A program made the translations under genes and the position numbers. Shown here in pieces: positions 23,073 through 32,499 of a DNA stretch of 35,753 bases. How positions within the stretch are numbered: position 1 is the stretch's first letter; every line of letters begins with the position of its first letter. Below the pieces are notes generated by a model, which saw only the letters and a program-made list of their open reading frames with translations, did no database searches and was not told the origin of the DNA. Location: NCBI GenBank assembly GCA_004431415.1, contig QPMI01000378.1, positions 1 through 35,753 on the forward strand, given 5' to 3'. The DNA comes from Cyanophora paradoxa CCMP329. Its lineage: Eukaryota; Plantae; Glaucophyta.

Positions 23073-23974
23073 CAGCTGCCACAGCTGCGCAAGCAGTGCC
23101 CCTTCAAAATGGGCCTCGCCCCGATGCCCACCCAGGACCGGCCCCGCTGCGCGCGCGGCGCCGGCGCTGTCTAGATCTTCCGTCGACACGACTCGGCGAG
23201 ACGCGGCGCCGGCCGCGGCCCGCGGGCGCCCGCCTAGGCCTTAAGCTTTCTCTTAAGCTTTCTTTCCTTCCGAGCTTTCCTTCCGAGTTCGCCGAATTCT
23301 TCCATCAGGTTCTCTGATAGTCTCCGATCTATTCTCGCCGACGCCCCCCCGCGCGCCCGCGGCCGCCTGCGTCCGCGGCCGCATGCGCATGCGCATATGC
23401 GCGCGCGCGCGGCGTCCGGCACGCGCGGCCCGCGCCCGACTTCAACTTTTGGGTCCGGCGTCCATGTTGTCCCATATTGAATATTGGACTCCGGGATATC
23501 GATCGTGTTTGCAACGCAGCAGCTGCAGCCTGCAGGTGCCAAGCCTCGACCTCGGAGCGCGGCGTTGTCGTGACGCGGCGTGACGCGGCGTACAAGGGGG
23601 GGGTAGAGTCTCGGAGGAGCTGCAAGCCTTCTGGAACGCCGAGCCAGAGCGCCTTTCGGCTGCGCTTCACGTACCTGCCAATCTCTTCATCCTCAGCTGC
23701 GGAAGAGAGCGCGAACCTACCGCCCGGAGGCTTCCGGGCTCCAGCCACGCGGCAATGGACCACACGCACGTCTCGAAGCGCAATCAATCGTTTTCCCTTC
23801 AGTGTTCCGACAAGGTTCAGCGTGCGTCCTGCGGACCAGCTAGAGTGTTCCATTGCGAAGCTCCACCACTCCGATCGTCCCGCTGAGCGTTCCACGCGGC
23901 GCGAGAGCTGTATAGAAGGGCTTGCTATCATACGAGATGTCCGCGCACGCCGCATCGCTAACGTCCTTTCACCA

Positions 23975-26446
23975 GCCGATGCCAAGCGTCTGCGGTCCAA
24001 CCTGCACGGGTCCATCAGTATCAAGCCTGTGCTGAAGCGCGTAGCGCACATCTCTGACTAGTGCGTGCTTCCTTTCGCGTGGCGCGCGCGCTCCGAGCTG
24101 ACCCACGGCCGCAGCAAGAAGGAAATAGGGTCCGTCCGCATCCTTCGCGCATCTGGCGATCTCGCCAAACGCGGCGCGGGGCGCAGGCACTACCCGAATC
24201 CATCGAAGCAACTGACGTCTTCGGTGGTGCCGGCGTGCGAGGACGACGTCTTCGACGTGGACAGGCAGTTCGTCGGGGTCAGCGCCGCCGCGCTCCCCAC
24301 GACCGCCCCCCTCCTCCTCAGCCGTCCCCCTGGCAGACCAACCAGTTTGTGCTTACGGACATCGTCTTGCGAGGGGGTGCGCCACGCTTGCGGCTTTCCA
24401 GCTTCCCCCGCCGACCGACCGCTCGCAGGCATCGAGTCGTACCTCGAGAGCGGTGCGCCGGGGCGAAACGGTGCTGGCGGGGGGGTTGACGGGGCGGCAG
24501 AGTCGCCGAAGGTCGTGGGCCCCTTCTACCTGCGCGCCGGGCCCCGCAAGGAGGCGCGCCCGCCCCGCCCCTCCGCTTCCGCCCTCTCTCACGCGCCCCG
24601 CCCCCAGATCATCTTCCACCCGAAGGTGCGCCCGCGGTCTGTGGTCCGTCAGCGGGGCGCGGGGGGCCGAGGGACGGGCAGGACGTGCGGGCGGCGATCG
24701 TGACGTGCGGGGGCCTCTGCCCGGGCCTCAACACCGTCGTCCGCGAGCTCGTTATGTGCCTCAGCCACTCCTACGGCGTCCAGGAGATCCACGGCATGAA
24801 CTTCGGGTGCCCCCGCCCGCCCCGCCCACCCGCCCCGCCGGCCCTCACCTTCCGCAGCTACCGCGGCTTCTACGACCCGGCCGCCCCGCCCCGCAAGCTC
24901 GAGCCGCGCTCGGTGCGCCCCCCGGGGCGCCCCGAGGGCCTCGCGCGGGGCCTCAGGCCGGGGGTGCGGGGCAGGTGTCGCGGGCGCACCAGGAGGGCGG
25001 GACGCTGCTGGGCTCGTCGCGGGGCGGCATGGACCGCGAGAAGATCATCGCCGCCGTCATCGAGCGCGGCTACAATCACATCTACGTCATCGGCCCGCCC
25101 CGCCCCGCTGCCGCCGCCCGGGAGGGGCCGCTGAGGGGGGGGGCAGGGGGCGACGGGACGCACCGGGGGGCGCAGCTGATCGCGGACGACGCGCGGGCGC
25201 GCAACCTCAAGATCGCCGTCGTCGGCATCCCTAAGACCGTCCGCCCCCGCCCCGCCCCCCCGCCCCCTTCCCGGGGCGGGGCTGGGGCGTAATGGAGGGG
25301 CGGGCCCCGCAACCTTCCGCCTGGATGACTGAGCGGGGGCGGGATATCTATCTGGATGACTGACGAGCGCGTGGGACTTGAGCGCTGCGTTCCTCTCCCT
25401 GACCGTCTCCGCCTCCGCCTGACAGATTGACAACGACATCCCGATCATCGACAAGAGCTTCGGGTTCGACACGGCGGTGGAGGAGGCGAGCCGGGCGATC
25501 GCGTCGGCGCACGTGGAGGCGCACTGCGCGCCCAACGGCGTCGCCATCGTCAAGCTCATGGGCCGCGACGCCGGCTTCATCGCGTCCGCCCCGCCCCCGC
25601 ACGCCCCGCCCCGCCCCCCCTGAGCCCGCACCCCGCAGCATGCACGCCTCCCTCGCCTCCCGCGACGTCAACGTGCGCCCGCCCCGCCCCCGCCCCGCCC
25701 CCGCCCCTCACCCCGCGCCCCCCGCAGGTCTGCCTCATCCCGTGCGCCCCGGCCGGCGGGGGCGGGGGCGGGGCGGGGGCGGGGGCCGAGGGGGCTGCAG
25801 GGAGATCAAGTTCCGGATGGGCCCGCTGCTGGCGTACGTGGAGGAGCGGCTGCGGGCGAAGGGCCACGCGGTAATCGTGGTGGCGGAGGGGGCGGGGCAG
25901 GACATCCTCGCGGCGGCGGCCCCGCAGGAGAAGGACGCGTCGGGGAACCGCCGCTACGCCGACATCGGCCTCTTCCTCAAGGACGAGATCGCCCGCCACT
26001 TCAAGGCCAAGGGCGAGGCGCGCCCCCCGCCTTCCTCCATCCCGCCCCCAGCGGCAGGCGCGGGGGTGCGGCGCGCCGCCGAGAGCTCACGCCCTCGCCC
26101 CCATCGCCCGCGCAGGAGGCCAACGTCAAGTACATCGATGTGCGCCCCGGGCCGCGCGGGCCGCCGCCGCGGCCGCGCGCAGCGGGGGCCGACGGGGGCG
26201 CAGCCGACGTACATGATCCGGAGCGGGCCGGCGAACGCGGCGGACTCGGTGCTCTGCACGAACCTCGCCCACAGCGCCGTCCACGGCGCCATGGCGGGCT
26301 ACACCGCCTTCACCACGGGCCTCGTCAACCAGCGCGTCGTCATGATCCCCTTCGGCGACATCTGCGGCCGCCCCCAGCGCGTCGACCCCCGCGGCCGCAT
26401 GTGGGGCCGCCTCCTCACCTCCACCGGCCAGCCCGACCTCTACTGA
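23975..26446 (+). CDS. PFK: ATP-dependent 6-phosphofructokinase, plant/group X type (true start is upstream and unresolved)
   Basis: [103 protein letters not shown] together with PKTIDND is the signature of plant-type ATP-PFK. 16 introns from 24061 onward. Confidence 0.95.
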
Positions 26447-26566
26447 CCCCGCGCCCCCGCCCCCTGCTCTCTCCTCTCACCCCGACGCCACCGCCTCCGC
26501 CGCCCGTCTCCGCTCTCAACGCGGAACACCTTTCCGGCGACTGGCTCGCGCATATACCTTCGACAC

Positions 26567-26634
26567 AAACCTGTCCTACAGAAACCTGCCTTACAGAAGT
26601 CTGTCCTACAGAAGCCTGTCCTACAAAAACCTGT
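26567..26634. repeat. 15-bp tandem minisatellite, about 4.5 copies (AAACCTGTCCTACAG)
   Basis: Units start at 26567, 26582, 26597, 26612 and 26627, between convergent stop codons. Confidence 0.9.
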
Positions 26635-26684
26635 ACACGTGCTGGTCTGGGCTCGGCTCTGGGGCTGGGGCAGGGGCGCCGGGT

Positions 26685-28846
26685 CTAGAGGAAGATCGGG
26701 ACGGGCTCGCCGCGGGCGGCGGCCTCCTTGGCGCGGCGCAGGTTGGCGCGCAGGACGGCCTCGAGGGCCCCCGGCTCCGCCTCCGCCAGCGAGGCGCCCT
26801 GCGAGAGCTGCCGCCCCCTCAGCGCCCCCGCCGCCCCCGCGGGGGCGCGGGCGGGACCTGGAACGTGGCGAGGCGGGGGAGGGCGGCGGCGAGGGCGGCC
26901 AAGGGCGGCTGGGGGTCCCCCTCGAGGGCGCTGCGGACGCGCAGGGCCTCGAGGGAGGCGAGCGCCGGGGCCAGCGCCTCCACCTCCCCGAGCCCCCACC
27001 CGATCCCCTCGTGCTGCATCCGCGGCGCGATCGACAGCCGCCCCTGCCCCCGCCTCCCTCAGCGGCCCGGCGCGGGGCGGGGCGGGGCGGGGCGGGCCTC
27101 GGAGTCGATGTGGAGCGCGATGGCGATGCCGGCGGTGACGCCGGTGACCTCGAGCGCGCGCAGGCGCGCCCCGAAGCGCCCCGCGATGGGGCCCGCCTCG
27201 GCCAGGCGGCGCACGTCGAGCAGGGAGAGGGTGAGGGCGGGGACGAAGGTGCCGCGGGGCGGGCGGTCGGCGAGGGCGCGGTCAAGGAGGGGGAGAGGCC
27301 AGGCGGGGGCGAAGGCGGCGGAGAGCTCCACGAGGGCCTCGCAGCGCCCCAGCAGCGCCTCCAGCAGCGCCCCCCGCTCCCCGCTCGGGCCCCGCCCCGC
27401 CGCCCCCTCCTCCTCCCCGGCCCTGCGCGCCCGTCACGGGGGCGGGGCGGGGCCGGGCGCGGGGCGGGCGCGCTGGAGGCGGAGGACGGCGAAGGAGACG
27501 AGCGGGGAGGCGGCGAGGCGGCGGATGGCCTCGCAGGGCCCGTCGCCCGCCACCAGCGCGCCCACCTCCCCCGCGTAGAAGCACCGCACGCCCCGCCCCG
27601 CGCTCGCCCCGCCCGGCCCCGCCCCACGTGCGACGCGTGCCTGCTCCCGCCCGTCGGCCCCGCGCGGGGCGGGGCGGGGCGGGGCCGGGGGCGGGGCGAG
27701 CACCGGTCGGCGAAGTCGAGGATGTCGGCGAGGGGCGCGGTGGAGGCGAGGAGGGCGAGGGCGGGGAGGGCGCCCCCCGCGAGGAGCCCCGAGACGCGCC
27801 GCAGAGCGGCGGCGGGGTTGCTCGCCTGGGAGGGGTTGAAGGGGTGGAGCACGAGGTCGAGGCGCGCCAGGCCCGCCCTCGCCCCCTCCATGAACCCCGC
27901 GCTCTTCAGCTCCTCCGCTGCGACCCGCCTCTCGCAACCGCGGCGCCCGGCGGCGCGGCGCGGCGCGCACCCGTCAGGCGGAAGCGGGAGAGGCAGTGCC
28001 GCCCGGCGGCGGCGACGCGCACGAGGCGGCGCAGGTTCGCCTTCGAGATCGGCGCCGCGATGTTCAGCGCTGCAGCCGGCGCGTGAGCCTCGGGGGATGC
28101 CCCCGGGCCGCCGGTGCCACGGTGCGGGGCGGAGCGGGGTGCCGCGCAGCCGGGTCACCAACGACGTCGGCCTTGGCGACGTGGCTCTCGAGCCCTCCAG
28201 GACATGGAGGGGAAGGTGCCCAGCGCCTCCACCTTCCCCATGTGCACCAACTCCACCCCGCCAGCCGCCTCCCTGCGCACTCGCCTCGCGCCCCGCACGC
28301 CCGCGGCGCCCGCTGCGCGCGCGCACGAGAGCGCCGTCGAACGGAAGAACTTGCACGTGCTCGAGGCGGCGAGGCGACTCTCTGGGTCGAGAAGAAAGAG
28401 GATGCTTGACCACAGTTCGAGGGGGGAGGCGCCGCCAGAGCTCCTCGGGTTCTGGGGCCTGCGCGATCCGGCGCCTCTTGGTGCTCGTCTGCACGGTGCT
28501 CGCCGCTGACGAGCTGCTCGGGCGTCCCGCGTCCTCGTCTGAGGGCGCCGCGCTGCTCGAGCCCGCGCGCACTCCTCCGTCAGCTCGAGTCTTTCGTCGT
28601 CGAAATGCACAGTCGCACCTCGACGCGCGCTTTCTTGCTCTCTTTTCTGCGCCAGTCGTGGCCGCGGCCGCGGGCGTCTTTCCTTTCCGGCGGGCGCGGG
28701 TCGACGTCTCATCCGCACGCGCGGCGTCCTCGGCCAGGTCGCTGCGCTGAGTCAGGAGCATCTAAATGGATTGAAGGAGATACAGGGGGGCGCACGTACG
28801 GCGCTGCCGCGGAGGCAGGGGAGCTCTTTCTCCCTGTCCTTGGCAT
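26685..28846 (-). CDS. F-box protein with Leu-rich (LRR-like) C-terminal region
   Basis: Removing one base from the G6 run at 28421-28426 gives WRRLPLELWSSILFLLDPESRLAASSTCKFFR, which fits the F-box consensus. Basic NLS-like N-terminus; downstream Leu-periodic segments (LRALEVTGV, LEALRVRS). TAG at 26685. Start uncertain. Confidence 0.65.
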
Positions 28847-28910
28847 TGAGATGATCGCTTGTGCTCCGCGAAAGAGTGTACACGTGTGGTGTACAGCTTG
28901 CCTGCAATAT

Positions 28911-29086
28911 AGGCCCCTCACTGAACTGTGGGCCTCACAGGGGCCTGGGGGGGGGGGGGGGGGGGGGGGGTCAGAACACGCTACCCCGGTGCTTCGTTCG
29001 CTGCGGCTAGAAGGCTCGGCAGAGGGCTAGAAGGCTCGGCAGAGGGCTTCGCTACCCGAGCTGCAGGCTCGGCAGAGGGCTAGAAG
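28911..29086. repeat. Small inverted repeat, G24 run and three copies of AGGCTCGGCAGAGGGCT in a divergent intergenic region
   Basis: AGGCCCCT at 28911-28918 pairs with AGGGGCCT at 28939-28946; G24 at 28947-28970; repeat copies at 29012, 29032 and 29065. Confidence 0.85.
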
Positions 29087-29090
29087 AAAC

Positions 29091-31175
29091 ATGTTCGCGG
29101 CGTGCGCCGGACCGGGCGCGAACGCGGTGCTGGTGCGCCGCCGTGCTCTGCACTGCCGCGCGTGGCCTCTCTCTCAAACCGCGCGCGCAGAGGGCTGGGC
29201 CCGGGAGCGCGCCGTGCCTAATCCGCTCAAGCCTCTGCTCAGAGCATGACCTCTCCGTCCAAGCAGCCCCCGCCCGGCGCTCCGCGAACCTTCGAGCCGC
29301 GCCTTGCGGCGGCCGGCGGGCGGTGGTTGAGCGGGGCTGCAAGTTCATCTCGGGTGGCGGAATGCATGCTGCAGGCTCGTGCTTCGGCGCCGTCAGGCGG
29401 AGCGCCGCAGCGGCGCCAGGCAGGCTGGGCGTGCTGGCGTCCTCCAAGCCGGAGCGCATCGGCGATCTTGAGCGGTTCGACTTCAACAGCAAGGACTTCG
29501 GTAAGCTCTCTCGTTGAAATGCGCCGAAGACGGCGCCGAAGCGCGAGCCTGCAGCCTGCATTCCGCCCCTCACGGGCGGGGATGCAGTGCGGGTGCAGGT
29601 GCGGGGCGGGGACTTCGTGAGCCCCACGCGCTTCGTCGCGGTGCGCCTCCCGTGGCCGGCGGCGGCGCGGGGCGGCGGGGCGAGCGGGAGGGCGCGCGCA
29701 GGTGCTGGAGGAGGTGGACGAGGGGCGGCGGTTCCAGCCGCGGGTCGTGCAGGAGCGCGTGGACCGCGCCTACGAGCGCCAAGTCCTCCCCGTCTTCATG
29801 AACGCCTTCGAGGGCCGCGCCCTCGCCGAGGCCTCCCGCTCCCAGGCGCCCCGCCCGCCCCCCGCCCCGCGCGGCGCCGGGCGTGGCGAGCAGGGGCGGG
29901 GCAGGGGGAGGGGCGGCGGGGCCTGGAGTTCTACGCGAGCCTGGTGGAGCACCTGTGGCGGGCGCGCAGCCTGGTGACGGCGGTGCTGGACGTGGCGGAG
30001 GGCGTGGCGGGGCCCGACGCCCCCCGCCGCAACCTCCCCGCCCTCTTCGCCGGCCTCGCGGCGGAGGTGCGGCGGGGCGCGTACGGGAGCCACCACGAGT
30101 GGCTCCTCGGCCTCCTCCGCCCCGCCGGCTTCTCCGTCTTCCAGGTCGCCCTCACCGGCACCTCCCGCCCCGACGGTCCCCGCCCCGCCCCGCCCCCGCC
30201 CGCCCCGCGAGGCCTCACGGGGTGGAGGGGGGGCGGGCAGAGGTGACGGCGTGCGTGTTCCTGGAGGGCCCGGAGGGGCGCAACCTCTTCTGCCGGGCGC
30301 TGCCCTCGGACGCCCTCGCGCTCGCCGCCCGCGCCGCCTGCCCCATCTTCGTCGCCCGCGACGTCTGGTGCCCCGCCCCTCGCCCCGCCCCCGCCCCGCC
30401 CCGCCTCGACGCCCCGCCCGCCCCGCGCAGGGCCGACGCCGCATTCGCCCCGGGCCCGCCCCCGCCCCCGCCCGCCGGCCGGCGCCGGGGCGTGCTGATG
30501 GCGGCGCAGTGGGGACGACGTTCGGGGCGACGGCGGGAACTCGAGCGCGACCTTCACGGCCACCAGCGCCGCCGCCCTCGCCGTCCTCGGCGGCGCCGGC
30601 GCCGTCCCCGCCTCGGAGCTCGCGGCCTCGGGGCGGGGAGGAGGAGGAGCTCGAGGCGGGCGCCTCGGCGGCGTCGGCGCCCTCGACCCCGCCGCCGAGC
30701 GGCCTTCGCCCTCGGCCCGCCCCCGCCCCGCCCGGCGCGGGCCGGCGGGGCGCGGGGCAGCGGGGCGCGGGCGGGGCGGGGCGGGAGGAGGGGCGGCGTC
30801 GGTGGTGGAGGTCTTCCGCGACGAGGCCGGCACCCTCCGCCTCCTCGCCTCCGGCCCGCCCCGCCCGCGCCCCCGCCGCCCCGCCCCGCCCGCTGAGGCC
30901 CCGCAGGGCCCGAGGAGGGGGTCGTGGAGCTGGCGCGCGAGACGGCGCTGGGCTTCCTGAACGAGGAGCTCGAGCGGGCGGTCGCCGAGGAGCGCTACGA
31001 GGAGGCCGGGCGGCTCGTGCGGGAGGAGCCGCTGCTGCGCCTCTCCGCCCGCCTCGAGGCCGCCGTCCGCGACGAGGACTACGCCGCCGCCGCCGCCGCC
31101 CGCGACGCCCTCGACGACGAGGCCCGCCGCCTCCTCGAACGCCCCGCCCCGCCGCCCCCGCCACCCTCCCCCTGA
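29091..31175 (+). CDS. Bifunctional nuclease domain (DUF151/BFN) protein with C-terminal UVR motifs (plant BBD-like); start uncertain (29091-29362)
   Basis: VLEE..QVLPVFMNAFEGRALAEA; VFQVALT..ALPSDALALAARAACPIFVARDVW (DUF151); LERAVAEERYEEAGRL and LEAAVRDEDYAAAAAARDAL (UVR); TGA at 31173-31175. Confidence 0.8.
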
Positions 31176-31333
31176 CCCCCGCCCCGCCCCCGCCCCCGGC
31201 CTTCCCCTCTCCACCTCCCCACCTTGCAATTGCCCCTCTGTTGCCCCTCGTGTCGCTCCTTGCAAGGGTGTGCGTGAAGCTGCGCGCGGGCGCATTCGCT
31301 GAACAGGCCGCCAGGGGCCGGTCCGATCGTTGG

Positions 31334-31449
31334 AGGAGCGCTTACGGATGGCACGGGCCTCCCCCCGGCCCATGACCGAGGCCGGGCCTTCCTAGCCCTG
31401 AGCCCCTGAGGGCTGCCGCTGCCCCCGCCGCGGGCTCCACTCAATAATT
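31334..31449. repeat. Dispersed hairpin-rich repeat, copy B
   Basis: Colinear with 15374-15536 but lacking several of its insertions. Confidence 0.8.
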
Positions 31450-32130
31450 GGGGAAGGATCGGACCCCCTTCCCTTTCCCCCACTTGGGGGTGTTCGGGTG
31501 CCCACCCTAGGCCAAAATGAAATGTCCCGACCTCCCAAAACTTTTTGAAACCCGGGCCACGAAGTTCCACAAAACCCGAATGTGTTCCGAAGTTCCGAAG
31601 TTCAAGGATACGGAGCCGATCATCGGATCCGATGATCCGATGACCCGATGACTCGGATGATCCGCGGGGACCGTCGGACCGCCCCGACGTCGACATATAC
31701 ATGTACAGGGGGGCCGCCGGGCCCCGGGCCCGGGCCGGCGCCCGGCGGCCGGCCGGCGGCCGCGGGCGCCGCGGCGCGGCAATTAAGCTCGAGTCATGAC
31801 TCGGGCTCTTATACCGTACTGTGATATATTTAACTCAGTGACTCTGATTTGGCTGCCAGTCCGACGGTCAAGGCTTGCAATTGGAACTTGAAATTTAACT
31901 GGCAATCCAAGCCGCTGAGCCCCGCCAGGCGGGGGCCCGGCCGGCCCGGCGGCAGATCGATATCCAACCTGGCAAATCAAATCCCCACGTGCACAGATCA
32001 TCGGATCCCGGAGTCCAAATCAAAGCCCCCCAGATCTAGATCCAATCGACGTCCAGATCAAAGGGCATGCATGATGGCCAATTGCAATTGCATTTGAGTC
32101 ACGCGGTTTGAAAGGTTCGGAAGTAGTATA
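31450..32130. other. Non-coding, palindrome-rich intergenic block (possible decayed mobile element)
   Basis: Perfect palindromes at 31618-31637 and 31790-31803; GAAGTTC and CCGATGA reiterations; no credible ORF. Confidence 0.45.
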
Positions 32131-32499
32131 TTTGAAATCAAGTATCAGACGATGACTAGCGTAGTGCTACAAGCTGGAGGTGGCCCAGCGTCGGCTAAAA
32201 CTCGCAAGAAAGGACAGCTGCAGGATTGTGCGGTTGACATGGAGGAGAGACTGAAGCCTGAAAGGGCGGCTGCAAACATCTTGCCTGATGTCAACTAACT
32301 GATGCGATGACGAAGTATTTTGGTGGCTCTACTATGTACTGAATAGCATAAAAAAATCTGACCCCCTGAAACCCCATGCACAGCAAAACCTATGTACAGC
32401 TTGAAGAAGAAGCGGAGGAGAAGCAAAATTCTGTCCAAGGGCCGGCGGGCCGGGACGGCCACGTCCCGGCGGGGCGCGGGAGGGGCGAGCGGGGCGGGG

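Noticed and set aside
26567-29086. Short direct repeats as a CRISPR array
   Set aside because: The repeats are tandem or nearly so, lack regular unique spacers, have no cas genes nearby and lie in a eukaryotic context.
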